Notes under the pieces: model-generated
Seen by the model: the letters and a program-made list of their open reading frames with translations, nothing else
What the model was told of the DNA's origin: nothing
Databases searched by the model: none
Made by a program: the position numbers and the translations under genes
DNA from: Lingula anatina
Lineage: Eukaryota; Animalia; Brachiopoda
Direction: 5' to 3'
Assembly: GCA_051362555.1 (NCBI GenBank)
Contig: CM120640.1
Location: 63,528,788-63,592,787, forward strand
Length of the DNA: 64,000 nucleotides
Shown here: piece after piece, positions 35,370 to 47,992 of the stretch
Numbering within the stretch: position 1 is the stretch's first letter
Layout: every line of letters begins with the position of its first letter

Positions 35370-35603
35370 GTACTAGCTGGATCGATCTAACTCTGCAGGG
35401 ATTCTTGCTAAACTGCATTTAAGGGTAAGTGACTTAAATGCCTATCATGCCTACTCCAGCTGCTTTAAGTTAGTCAATTATCCCTAGTTACGGGGGGGGG
35501 GGGGGGGGGGGGATGCCAGACAATTAGGCTGATTACACTAAAAGCACTTTAGCAAGAAGCCCCACAGAGTTAGATCAATCCAGCTAGTACTGGGAATGCA
35601 GTC
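35370..35603. mobile_element. MITE related to family A
   Basis: GTACTAGCTGGATCGATCTAACTCTG / CAGAGTTAGATCAATCCAGCTAGTAC-TGGGAATGCAGTC-TTA. Confidence 0.7.
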
Positions 35604-35775
35604 TTAATTGATGGCATAATTTTAATTAATAATAATTAAAATGACTTAAACTGTAATTTAATGGTCAGATTGTACATGTATAGATAGTTACAATAATTGT
35701 TTACAAGGTCTGCAAACAGTTATCACAAAATACATATTCTTTTTAATTTAGAAATTGACTGTGATAACAACACAC

Positions 35776-38700
35776 TTAATATGTAGCAGCAAACCTCATA
35801 TTCAAGTAGTCCAGGGATGAGACAGGTTCGTACTTATTTGACCCATCTAGACAAGTTATGAGGAAGTTATCGTCTGGCTGGACAAAAAAAGCTATGGACT
35901 GCCGTACCTGGCGCATGAGCAGCTCTTTTTCTGGAATGAGCACCCTGTGTTTCTGAAAGATATTTACGGAGTAATGAATCATAGTATGTGATACATACAA
36001 TTAATAATTCGAGTTTTTTTACAGGCACAAACTGGTATATTCTCTTTGCATAAGTAAAACTAACATTAGCTCCACTCCCCTTAAAGTTGAAATAACTAAA
36101 TAATAATAATAATAAATGAATAAATAAATAAGCTGGAAAACAGAAGTATGTATGTCTTTGTTACCGTTGATTTGATCTGATCAGCAGTCCATCTTTGCAT
36201 GAGGTCTCCGACATTAACCAATACCGTGCCTGGGATAGGGGGGGCTGGCACATACATCCCATCTACTCTTTGCACCTGAAATAATATATCATGAGTATGC
36301 AATGACAAGTGTCTCATTTCAGTATGATGTATTAAAAATTAAAACAAGAATGTTTAGCAAAATTATATTTCAAAACATATTTAAATGTCATAAATAAATC
36401 TAATAATAACTAATAAATCTTACAGAACGAGTGTCCTGTACTGTGCACGTGTATTGTGCATGTACACAAGTGAAACATAGTCAATATGAGCTTATTTTTT
36501 AATGAGCAAAGCTAATACAACAGATATTTCTTCTTACCTCTAACCCTCCTATATCATCTTGAAACAAGATTGTAATGGAGCCATAATCAGAATGCTCTCC
36601 ACACCTCACCTGACCTGGCTTGATAGCTGAAAGGTAAGATCCCAACATAATATTTGTCATAAAATTTAATGTTGATCTTGTTATATGTCTGCATGGATTA
36701 TTTAAAAGAAAATTTAATAAACATGCATCTTGTGTATTACATACAGAGGACCATTCATATAAGATCTGGCATTAATACATACACCCTTCAGGGTCCAATG
36801 CAGGGTAGTATAAACTTCTTAACCCTGTAGCATTCCCAGGCTTGCCAATCAATTTGTGGGAATTGGTGAAGATGTTGTCAATCTTAAAAGAGAAAAGTGG
36901 AGAGTAAAAATTATTTTCTAGACAAATTCATAAATACAACTATTTATAAGCAAAGTTGAATTTTATTTTTCCTTTTTTACTTCCAGAACAGCTCTTTGAG
37001 TGGATATCTTTAAACTGCACCATCTGAAATAATTTTTGTACAGACAAAGGGCTGATTACGGAGATAAAAATGTGTTGGATGTCTTAGGGCATCAAATGAC
37101 ATGACTCTTTTCATTAATTAAGCATAGCAGACTCCAGTTGGAACAAAATTTGATTCATGTTATAATGTTTTAACCTTAACCTTCACATTGACATTTCCTG
37201 GCATTCCTTCATCCAGTGCCTCCAACACTCTAAAAGTTAACTGTTGTGCCTCATCAAATAAATCAGCAAGCACTGGATTAAATGTTGTAACTTCTTTAGG
37301 CAAACAATTCTGTAAAAAAAGTTCAAGACATAACTTTTTCCATTATGTATTAGGATTTATCATTCCAAATTACTTGTGTCCTCATACATTTGTACTCTCT
37401 AAAGCTAATATGGGCAAACATATGCTTTTAAATTATATTAAATCATAAATTTATACAAGGATTTTAAGCACTCGAAAGCATGTTATGTTATTAAAACTTA
37501 GTCTGTAACTACAGGCTAGTGTAACAGTTTATTTCTAACATGATTGTAAGAATTCTTCAAGTTCAAGAGTCTTTTGCTTTCAGATGTGCTTCAAACAAGT
37601 GGTTGCTTGAATGTACATGTACCTTTACATTTTCTTTTTTACTAAAGTTGAACGCTTCTTTCAAATCAGCAGGCCTCTCAGGATTGAGGCTAAAGCATTT
37701 AAAAGACATTTTGAAACATGTAGACAAATTAAGGGAACAATTTTATTCAACATGAAATGAAATAGAGAGATACCTTCATTCTTAACAAGCACATCTTCAA
37801 TTTACTCTGACAAATAGAAATAATTTAATGGTCTAACAGCTTGAAATTAATTTGCTTTGTACAGGGCTTATACAGGAACATTAAAAACAAATTCAAGGAC
37901 TTTCAAAGACTTTTGAAGCTGTAATTAAAGTATTTTCAAGGACACTGAATGCAATTGAGGGCAATGCACTGTCCTTTATAAGTGTACGTGCCAAATATAA
38001 ACGACATGTAATATTTCATAGAAACTTTGCATTTTAACACATAATTGTTAAAACATGAAAAAAATAAAATCAAATGATGTCCAAGGCTAATTGCAATTTC
38101 AAGTATTTCTCAAGGCTGAATTCCAACTGATTGAAGGTGCAAGGTTACTAGAAAATTCAAGCACTTTTCAATGCTGAACCCTGTTTATATAAGATGATAA
38201 CTTAAATAAATTATCAAACATATGCAGATACCTTCACTGAAAGTATGACAGCATGGATTTTATAGGACAGATACAACTAAGCTCTGTTATCAATTATATA
38301 AACATCACTTTTTTCTTAAGCATTTCACACCTGTTGACATAGTTTATACAGGCCAGTTATATAGCCAAGACATTTAAATGATTTTTTTCTAAACCTGTAC
38401 CAGTGTCAATAGTGATGAACCAGTACAGCGTACTTGTAAGGTGCATTAATCAAATGTTGTCACAATCCCCATACCTTTCCCGCTCAACAGCAACCCAACC
38501 TTCATTTGAGTCTGTAGGCCTTGCATATTTTTGCTTCACAATCACAGGTAGCTGAAAAAACTCCCTTGACACATTGAAAGCTGCTTCTATCTTCAGAACA
38601 AAAAGAAATCTACTTGTAAATATAAGCAATCAGATAACAAATGTTTTATAACTATCCATAGAGATACCAAGATAACATTACCACCAGAAGTCTGTAAGAG

Positions 38701-39744
38701 AATACCAAAGTTTAACATGACAGTAGGAAAGCTAGCCTTAATGCTTTGACAGATATACTACTGTTATTGAATCAGCTTATGCACTGCTTTGCATTTTTCC
38801 ACACTGTGATTTATATTGTCTATGTATCTACAGGTTTAACCTAAACCCCCATATGAAGTTTTACTTTGGCTGTGCATCATGAAAAATGTAATATTAGTGC
38901 TAAGTAGAAAAGAAATGTGACAAGAGTGTTCAGTGCTTCTAAAAGAAAAGATTAAGGGAGATTTGTACATTACCCCTGGTAGGATTTTCCATATCCACTT
39001 AGATAATGGTCTCGATTTCATGTTATTGATTAGAAACAGATCTCCCTTAATCAGAACAGCTAGCAATTAATAAGTTTTTAATGCCATTTACTCACAACAA
39101 TATTAAGTACTTCAGTTTGGAGAAGGAAATTTTCTGGAAAGGTTTATACCTCTGATTTTATCAGTACAGAGGGGAAAATATGCCTTTGTTTACTGAAACA
39201 TTGTAAATGCATGTACCCTTTAGACATTTTCTTTCAGGGTCCTCTAGAAAATTGGTCCAAAATCAAACAGGGTCTTACTGGTATATTATACGACGCCTAA
39301 ACAAATTTCGGCACCAGATTGGGGTCTCGCACAGTACTTATATTGATAAGTGTACATAAATGTACACGTGGACCGACAAGAAGGGAACTGATACCAGGCA
39401 GATACACATCCTCTGAATGCAGTTTTGGTCAACTGCTTCACCACAGAGGTTGGGTACGTTGTAGCTTGGACATAATAACGTTATTATGTCCAAGGTTGTA
39501 GTTAGAATGAGAATCAAAGACTCTGTCTAGGTATAACCGTGCATCTTGTACTTTTGCAAGGTAAATATAACTGAAATTGAAATTCGAAAAAACTTGCCTT
39601 TGGCGCCGCAATACCATGGTTCTTCAGGTAAACAAACCCTGCTGATTTAAATGCACTGTATATCTCAGCCCCTATGGTTCCCAAGGATTTCATTACTCCA
39701 TCATGTCCAAAAAAATCAACAATCGGCACCTTCTCCGTTTCCAT
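35776..39744 (-). CDS. 2-oxoglutarate/Fe(II)-dependent dioxygenase (isopenicillin N synthase-like, DIOX_N plus 2OG-FeII_Oxy), about 8 exons
   Basis: VPIVDF...AFKSAGFVYLKNHGI; FFQLP..VKQKYAR...EGWVAVERERLNPERPADLKEAFN; LRSLYYP; CGEHSDYGSITILFQDDIGGLE (HxD); VNVGDLMQRWT; KHRV (distal His); RQSIAFF (RxS). First intron uses a GC donor. Confidence 0.92.
37862..38183. mobile_element. hAT-like non-autonomous element in an intron
   Basis: CAGGGCTTATACAG...TGAACCCTG with subterminal TTCAAGGAC/TTCAAGCAC repeats; TSD not clear. Confidence 0.55.
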
Positions 39745-41268
39745 TGCCGTGCCTTAGGCTCTAGGTCTACGTGCATTACAGAGGAAGTTAAACTCAACGT
39801 TTGCATCTAGGTTAGCTCAGAGGTCAGTCGATTGAGCGATGTGATGACGTCAAAAGATTCTAAGTCAGTCAACGGGCTGTATCACCTTGATTTTACACCA
39901 TTCATTTATATATATATATATATATATATATACGACACGGCTATTTTATTAATCGATTTTGATCATTATATTCATTTTGGGGGACTAGTATATGGTATTT
40001 AGAGTATGTGATTTTAAAACTCATTATGGCTTTAAGTCAAATTACCACTAAATGCGTTATTTGAAGTCATATGGGAGTAAAAGGAAAGCTGTATTTGTTC
40101 GGAGACAAGACTGCGTTTTAGCTTCACGAAAGACCGATTAGTCTAGGTGTTGCATGTGCGGAAAATATTCATTCGTTTGTCTTCATCTCCAAAATATGAA
40201 GTCAAAATTTTATGTTGCTTTTGCAATATTTCTTAGTTTTTTTATTTTAAAAGGGTTTTAGCCATTCTTATTTATTCATCTACTCAAGAATCATAAACTG
40301 ATCTGGTCGCCTCTGTATTTGATGTTTTATAGAATATCTAATTACATGATTAGTTCTATATATCTGACCAGATATTGAGAACGCCATATGATATAGGCCG
40401 TTAATTGCTCGTAACCGTTACCTAAATGTTTTGATAAAAGGCTCTCATGTTTTTAATTTGTATGCTAAGTTTTCAATAAGCAATCTACAGTATTTCCTAA
40501 TTGATCAAATCAAACACTTACAGGATAATTTGTAAATTTTATTAATGTGTGGCCTTAGCTACAAAGTTTTCAGTTCAAAAAACGTAAGTGGATGTGCAAT
40601 TTCTAAATATTTCTACGGGGAGATTTCTACTGTAGCCTATGTGGGGTTTGCTCTCCTTCAGAAACGCAGATATACATGTCATTAATTAAAATGTGAATAA
40701 ATAAACAAATAAAGAAATAGATAAAATGAAAAGACGAGAAGACAAAAATATAGAAACACAAACAAGAACAACTGTTATAACAGCCTGCAACGGATATTCT
40801 AATCTAAGCTACAAATGATATGTACATTTCTTAGTCATAGTCTCATACATATTGGAACGTGTCGTTCAAGCAAGAGTTTATTCTTAATATCATGGTACCA
40901 GAGAATAACTGACTATTCTCAATGTCAAATTCACTGCATACTCTTATGTATATAATTGTCTTTAGATTACATGTTTGAAAACGCAACTAGGTATGAATTC
41001 TTTAGTTTCACGCACGTCCCTTTTCCTGTTGTCAATCAAATCTAAGGAAGTGATCAAATGCGAACGTACTTCAAATCTGTCCAGTTGCGCTGCTTTAAGA
41101 CATCGCAAATATAATATGCTAATGAATAATAATTGTGAATTTATGTATACAAATATTGGAAAAATTACGATAACCTCCACAAAGAGTCCATAAAGGTAAG
41201 CATTTACATGAATATTCCATATTTATCCACACGATTGTTTTCAACGATTATTTTCTTTCTATGATTGT

Positions 41269-43393
41269 TCAAGGCAAAGACCTGAGATCCTTCTTAGGAG
41301 GGGGTCCGACTTTTGGTGGCTGGAGTATCTTGTGTTTAGCCTCAAACTGAATTATTCTAAAAGATGAAAAAATAGAACGACCTTATTTAGCTGTGATGGA
41401 AGTTAATACAGTCTTCAAAATACTTACACGTTAAGTGTTAAATAATTATAAGCCTAAATTTCTAAATGTTTTTTTATCTATTTTTTTCACTGTATGACAA
41501 AAATTTAAAGTTTAATGTAGTTATATATCATTTTGGACTATGACTATCACTGGCGGGCCAAGGTAGATGGCGCATGGATTATATTTATATTGCTCCCCAC
41601 CTTTTTAAAAAAATAGTATTCATTCCATAGCATGCCATAAATCAAAGTACTATAAAAAAAGGGAAAAGGCTCCTTGAGATCCAATCCACATCCTATCCCT
41701 CCCTGCTTGAGCAAGTCTTGAACATGCCAAATACTCTTCCCTCTTAACAAAAGGTGGCCGATTTTTTTCGTTTAAAGTCGAAAAAAAAGAGATAAAGTAA
41801 AAAAAAACTTACAATTTAAGTTGAGGGGATCGCCTGCTCAGCATCATAGCTAAGAATTCGTGATAAGTTATAGTACCAGAGCTGTCAGAATCCACCTCCG
41901 CTATCATGCGTCGAATCTCAAGATTAGTTCGATGTACTCCCAACTTCTGTAGCATTCGCTTCAATTCCAAAGCATCTGAAAAATTGAATCCAAACATTAT
42001 TCTTAACAAAATGTCATAGCTCTCTCAAAGAGAGATAGGTGATATTGATGTGTACGTGTTTGCGCGCGCACGTGTGTGTGTGTATGTGTGTGTGTTTGTG
42101 TGTGTGAGAGAGAGAGAGAAAGAATTACTCACCAATATCACCAGAGCCGTTTTCGTCAAATTCCAAGAAAAGGTCTACAATGAATCAAATAATATGATTT
42201 TAAGTACAATATTCATACTGCATGTTTCCTTCACTCCCATAGAGGGGTACATATGAGCAACATTTCACTAGACCCCGCTAGGGCTAAGCAATTTACTCAC
42301 AGATCTCAGGACAGCGTAAGGTTAAAAGCCTTCTGGTGAAGAGCTAAGCTTGAGTGCATATATTTTCAGCACCTACAAGCACAACATAATAAAACCAGAG
42401 ATGGTGAGAAAACAATATTTTTATTCCCTATTTTTTACAAAATCCAGAATATATTAAATTCTGAATTCACTATGATGCTTATTTCCAATTCATTAAATAT
42501 TTGATTTAATACTATTTTGTTCTCTCAACATCTTGGGTGTAATGCATTCTTGTGCACTTACTCTTGTAAACGTGAAGCTTTTCTTGAAGATGATCGACGT
42601 CCCTGTATCTGTCATCAAGTAGGTACATCTGAATTTTTTAAAGCATTCTAATTACTTTTACACATGTACTAACTTCTGCGCTTTGCAGAGCGTGTGAAAC
42701 AAGACCTGTTACAAAGCTATTAATATTACATTTGCGAAGTCGCCAGAAGCAATCCTAACCATGAAACGGTGAAGCGGCAACACTTTTGATCTTTGTCCAA
42801 AGCCCTTAAGTCAATTTTGTCAGGTATTATGCAAAAGAAAACATATTGTAGACTAGCAACATTTTTCACACAAAAATGTTATTTTGGTATTAGTTAACAT
42901 TAATGACTGTCATTTGACTAAAAGGTTTCATTCTATAGCAATATTTTAAGTAGTCTAAGGATCCTGTCGTGTTATTAAATAGTCATACTTTTAATATATA
43001 AGGCGTACCCTATTCATGCGTTCCAAATGTTTAGACTGAGCTTCTTTCATCAACCCAAAAAACTTGCCGGCTGAAAAAAGAGAAAAGAAAAATAAAGATA
43101 GATTTACCTTACGCCGAAATATTAATAAACTTTTTGATTGTTCAAATACAAAAGAAAGACGCCTTTACAACATCACTAAAACTCCGCCTACATTTTTGAT
43201 CCGGCGGTAGGGACCACAAATATCCACAAGGGTTTTTCTCACCCTCGCTTTCGAAGACTCTCCCAAGAGCGGCGACTCGACCTGTCTTGACAGCGGGAAC
43301 ACTAGGCCTGGATGGGGAGGGTGGCGGACTGTTTCCGCGTTCCGCAGCGGCATCTGAGCTTTGCTCGTCGCTGTTCATTCTTTCAGCACACAT
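41269..43393 (-). CDS. AIF1: Allograft inflammatory factor 1-like (AIF1/Iba1 family EF-hand actin-bundling protein)
   Basis: Exons about 43393/43378-43243, 43070-43009, 42629-42563, 42174-42133, 41975-41813, 41356-41269. AGKFFGLMKEAQSKHLERMNR, LEFDENGSGDIDALELKRMLQKLG..TNLEIRRMIAEVDSDSSGTITYHEFLAMML, GPPPKKDLRSLP*. Confidence 0.9.
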
Positions 43394-44209
43394 ACGGATA
43401 AAGGTATATAAAGAATCTACTCTCCTGCTCGACAACTGCTTTGGCAACTGATATTTGCCTCGTTATTAAAGAGGTATGCTGGATAAGGTGAAATTAGAGT
43501 GTCAAATGTAAGTAATTGTTTTTTGCCTGCTGTTTTTATACGACATCCTTACTTTCGCTTCTGGCAGGAAAGCGGCCATGAACCGGTAAGTTGATTCACG
43601 ACTATTATCCCAATCAACAAGCACTAAGTTACAAGATTGGGCAGTGGTAATTTGAAAAGGCAATTGATCCCGACCTCTAACTTGTTCTTTCCGGGCATGT
43701 TTTCTTTTGTGAGAAAATTCCGTAGAACATTCATTTACTCATGACAAAGTTTCCATTTAGTGCCGTACATGCACTTGAAAAATATGTATTTTGTACATGT
43801 GGGAAGGAATGATATAATTGTGAATTAACATATTTTATTGTATTATATTTTTCCGTTTACGGCCGTAGCATGTGGTTCTCAAGCGCAAACAATACCAAAA
43901 TTATGGAAATGAAGGTCATTGGGGTTATGGCATCAACAGGATACTGTAAATGATTCACAAGTTGGACGCAGTCTTCACAAAAGATCTAGATGCCATAGTT
44001 CTCCAAAAGATAGGTCACACCCCTTGTTCACCTCTCCCAATTTAACTTTATTAAATTTTATCTACGAAGTTATGTAATTGTGTACAGGAAATTCAACCAA
44101 AAAGTACAAATGACGGGGCGAACTACATAATTTTAAAATCTCTCTCTTTCTCTCTCTCTGTCGTTCACACACACACACACACACACACACATGCACCATG
44201 CACCATGTG

Positions 44210-47200
44210 CTACAGCCCACCTGAAGTTCCAAATACTTTTCCTGGGTTTGTCCATGGGCTCTGATAACTCATGTCGATCACTGCTTGACTTGGCTTGACG
44301 TCAGACCGCAGCAGCAGAGCCGCCCAGGGTAGACGAGGAAAGGGCTCATAGTCCAATCGCCTGGAAGCAACGATACTCGGTCTTACCAGACGTGATCTTT
44401 CAATACCTGGTCGTTCCCAACTGCGAATTCTTCCCTTGTTTGTAATCAGTAAGTCAACCTTTTGTTGCGGGCTTTTCTGCCCATTATTATTTTCAGTTCT
44501 CATGAAGGATGGGTCCTCGGTCTGTCTGTCTGTCTTAATGTCTTCGACGCCGTCTCCCCTCCGGTGTCTCATCGATGACGAAGAAATTGGGTGGGATTTT
44601 GTTAGCCAAACGTTTGAACTGTTCTCTGCCTTGTTTTTTTCTCTTTGATTTTCCTCTTCTTCCTCGTGATCATCATCCGATAATCCAAAATCTAGCCGAG
44701 ATTCCCAAATTGTAGGATCCTCTGTATTCGAATTCTGAGGAACTGCGGATTTCTTTAAGATGCTTACGGGTTTGGTTGTCACCGGTGTTATACCCCCAGT
44801 ATTATCGGGAAGCGTTGACATGCGAAGGGAATGTGTAGTAGGCTCGCTCTCTTTATTCAAACTGCCCCGTCTTATGTTGGTGCTAGCTCTTTGACTGGGT
44901 CTCCCAACAGCGACAGTTAGCGACGACGTGTGATTCATTATCACTGTGGTAGTGATTTTCGTAGACGTAGTTGAGGTGCCTATGCCAAGCCGTTTTCCAA
45001 AGTCTAATTTGCGTTCAAAGTTGCTGATAACTGATCGAACAAAGGAAATATGTTGGCTGGAGCTTCGAAACTGTGATTTAATCCAGGTGTCATAGAAACG
45101 TTCCAAAGCTGCTTGTGACTCTCTTCCACTGCTGCTGAAGTTCGTTGCCGTAGGTTGTTCTTGGATCAGATGAGATGAGATAAAGCTACTGCCGTGGTAT
45201 GGGGCAAAGGAAAGCAAATGGTTAGTACGCGAGTTAGACTCGAAGAATTGAGCTATCTGCAACACGGAGCGTGATGCACCTGTTGCTGCCCAGTGATTGT
45301 ACTGACTAACCAATTTCGGTGTTGACAAATTCATTCTCCAGTAATTGGGGTTATCTTTTTCTGCAACATGTGACCCCATCCTATTGGAGACCATGACTAA
45401 GGTGTTTGTGTCTCTGTAATTCGTCGGAATCTCTTTTCTTTGGTGTGGGAATGTTCGTACTAGTTGCTTGACATTTGGAACAGAGAGGCACATTTTGGCT
45501 ACGCTTTGGGTGTCATTATTTAATTTTAGTAAATTATGGATGCTATCTGTACTACCCTCGGGTATTCCTAATTTAGCAGTGCATGATGAATTCGTGGGAA
45601 CTGTATTGGCATTTTGTTTGCTGTCGGGAGTAAGCAGGGTTTGGGTTCCTTGGATGTGTAGAGTGGGGTCGTCAAGTTTTGGCGATGTTTCCTCCTTCAA
45701 CACATCGTCACTTGAAAGGATCTCTACTGATTTCGATAAACTAGCTTCAGATTTAGAGATTTCACTTAGATTCTCCAGGCTCCCTTTGCTTAACCGATTC
45801 TTTACAGAACTGCCTGTCCCCGTGCCTTGCTTCTTCCCTGGGCGTGTATCAATGCTTGCTCTTCGTTGCCGAGGATTTGCTGCCCCCTGCTTTGAATTGG
45901 GATCGATAGAATTTTTTCTTACTTTTGTCTCTCTGTTGCCCTGCGAAGATACCTTTTTCGTGTCAGGGTTGGGTTTAGACGATTTGTCAGTCACCTTTAT
46001 TTTTTCATTGCTCTTTGGTTCATGTTTGTTTTTTATTTCGCTTTTTATCTTTTTGGATTTTGATACCTTTTCCTGGAAACCCTCTGCCTCACCATTGTTG
46101 TCAAAACTGACGGGTGACAAAGGGCGCTGTGAACTTGATGTTTCCTTGATGTTTGGATTGTCATCATCTTTTAAATCAGGCGTCGTCAAAGAACCTGATC
46201 TCTTCTCACAAGTGATCGTTAGGTCTGTATTTTCTTCACCTAAGTCAAGTCTGGCAATTTGTGGATTTTCGCCGTCATCGTTCTTAAGATCTTTATTTTG
46301 CACGTTGTCTTTGCTACCCCTTTTGGAACTTTTCGATTTAAACATATCATTGCCATTTTTATTTGCATTTTCCTGTTTTCCTGTCCTCTCCAAGTTTGCG
46401 TCATTAATACCTTTTTTCGTGGCAGAACTCGTATCATTTTTAACTGTTGAGTTGTGACCAACATCATTATCATCCCTTGACGTTGGGTTATTTTGGTTAT
46501 TCCAAGATGCTGAGAAAGTCCCGTCTCCACCCGATGTCCAAGATTTTTGGCTTTCAGTATTTTCTTTTTGTTCCTCTTGCTCTAAATATGAGGTTTTAGT
46601 TTCTGTTTCAGAAGATAAAATGTTTTTTGTTATGGCATCTGATGATTCTGTTGTCTTTTCAAGTGCTCCATCGTGATAAGAGCTGCCTTCAGAGCAGCAT
46701 GTTTCTGGCTGCGATATATTTTGGTGTGGTTTGTTGTCAACTCCAGCAGCGTTTCCACTAACTAATGTTTTTTCCTTACAATTTTGATTTGACTCGTCGG
46801 ACTCGTTGATGCTGTGCTCATTCTCAGTCATATTCATTGATGATACATCGTTCTTGTTGACCTTTGTTTGTAGTTTACCGCCAACCTGTAACGAATCTCT
46901 ATTTTCTTCTTCAACAACATTCTCTTCCTTTATCACTTTCCCTGACACATATTTGGCAGATGTTTCATTGGAAGTATCTTCTTCATTTGCTTTTTCTCGA
47001 TTCATATCCTCATCAGTTATGTTCATATTACAAGCTAAATTTTCGCCCTGGTCAGACACCTCGTGTATGATTTCATCTTCAGATTTACTATTCAAGCACT
47101 CTTTCGAGCCCAAAACGTCTGCATTTTCTCTAATAGCCATTGTTGCAATATCGGTCTTTTTGTCAGGTACTGTTTCTTTCTTCAGTTTTCCTGAATTGCT

Positions 47201-47992
47201 CATTTCTGGCTCTTTTCTCTCCGCCTTGTTATCCGCATTCTCTGTTAGTGTAGGCGCGGTCTCATTAGTTGTTTCAGATTCATGTTCTGCGTGTTTCTCA
47301 TTGGATTCATCATCTGGCGATAACGTCTTGGTTTTTATCTCAACATCAGAGGCCGCTCTGCTGAGGGATCTACCTGTAGAATGCGGTGGAGTCTTTCGAC
47401 TGGCAGATGCGTCGTTGTCAAGCGCTAAAGAACTACGACGAGAGGACGAACGGCTACCAACAATACTTCCATGCCTTGATGAAGAAGTAGTACTTATCAA
47501 ACTATTTCTTCTGCTTGTTGTTAAACTAGAAGTAGTGTCACGACTCATACGTCGCAAAGCAGGTTTATTTTCGGATAAGCGAGAGGCCGAGTCCTTGCTC
47601 GGGCGACGAGATATCGTTTTGCTGTCGACGGGTTTGAGGGACTGTGGTTGTGCTCCTTTAGTTTCTCCACATTTTGCAGGAGATGTATTTTTTGAAGAAG
47701 TCTTTCTGGTGGCTGCCTTTGTCGCTTTACTGTCAGTTTTTCCAGCTTTACTAGGTTGTGTGTCCGATGAAATTGTACTTTTTCGCCTTGTTGCTGCCGC
47801 AGCATCTACTCCAAGACTGGTTTTTCTAGCGTTTGTTGCGGAGCCTTTCCTCTGTGCACCAGTATCTGACGCTGCTGCGTTAGGGAGTTTTACGGTTTTC
47901 TTGGTTACGTCATTTGAAGCGGGTGATTTTGCGAGGTGCGAACCTTTAGAAGCTCCACCTGGTTTTAATGCCTTACCTTTTGAAGAACTCAT
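44210..47992 (-). CDS. 1260-aa low-complexity S/K/E-rich ORF; probable large alternative first exon of the AIF1-like gene
   Basis: Uninterrupted 3.8-kb ORF with many RRxS motifs. A phase-1 donor (TCAG|GTGGGC) at 44221 is frame-compatible with the AIF1 core acceptor at 43070. Confidence 0.75.
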   Translation of the reverse strand: MSSSKGKALKPGGASKGSHLAKSPASNDVTKKTVKLPNAAASDTGAQRKGSATNARKTSLGVDAAAATRRKSTISSDTQPSKAGKTDSKATKAATRKTSSKNTSPAKCGETKGAQPQSLKPVDSKTISRRPSKDSASRLSENKPALRRMSRDTTSSLTTSRRNSLISTTSSSRHGSIVGSRSSSRRSSLALDNDASASRKTPPHSTGRSLSRAASDVEIKTKTLSPDDESNEKHAEHESETTNETAPTLTENADNKAERKEPEMSNSGKLKKETVPDKKTDIATMAIRENADVLGSKECLNSKSEDEIIHEVSDQGENLACNMNITDEDMNREKANEEDTSNETSAKYVSGKVIKEENVVEEENRDSLQVGGKLQTKVNKNDVSSMNMTENEHSINESDESNQNCKEKTLVSGNAAGVDNKPHQNISQPETCCSEGSSYHDGALEKTTESSDAITKNILSSETETKTSYLEQEEQKENTESQKSWTSGGDGTFSASWNNQNNPTSRDDNDVGHNSTVKNDTSSATKKGINDANLERTGKQENANKNGNDMFKSKSSKRGSKDNVQNKDLKNDDGENPQIARLDLGEENTDLTITCEKRSGSLTTPDLKDDDNPNIKETSSSQRPLSPVSFDNNGEAEGFQEKVSKSKKIKSEIKNKHEPKSNEKIKVTDKSSKPNPDTKKVSSQGNRETKVRKNSIDPNSKQGAANPRQRRASIDTRPGKKQGTGTGSSVKNRLSKGSLENLSEISKSEASLSKSVEILSSDDVLKEETSPKLDDPTLHIQGTQTLLTPDSKQNANTVPTNSSCTAKLGIPEGSTDSIHNLLKLNNDTQSVAKMCLSVPNVKQLVRTFPHQRKEIPTNYRDTNTLVMVSNRMGSHVAEKDNPNYWRMNLSTPKLVSQYNHWAATGASRSVLQIAQFFESNSRTNHLLSFAPYHGSSFISSHLIQEQPTATNFSSSGRESQAALERFYDTWIKSQFRSSSQHISFVRSVISNFERKLDFGKRLGIGTSTTSTKITTTVIMNHTSSLTVAVGRPSQRASTNIRRGSLNKESEPTTHSLRMSTLPDNTGGITPVTTKPVSILKKSAVPQNSNTEDPTIWESRLDFGLSDDDHEEEEENQREKNKAENSSNVWLTKSHPISSSSMRHRRGDGVEDIKTDRQTEDPSFMRTENNNGQKSPQQKVDLLITNKGRIRSWERPGIERSRLVRPSIVASRRLDYEPFPRLPWAALLLRSDVKPSQAVIDMSYQSPWTNPGKVFGTSGGL

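Noticed and set aside
22165-39744. GH3, JmjC-like and 2OG dioxygenase as a biosynthetic cluster or peptide-modifying system
   Set aside because: Adjacency only. The dioxygenase has no signal peptide and the JmjC protein lacks catalytic ligands, so nothing in the sequence links them to each other or to the Arg-rich peptides.
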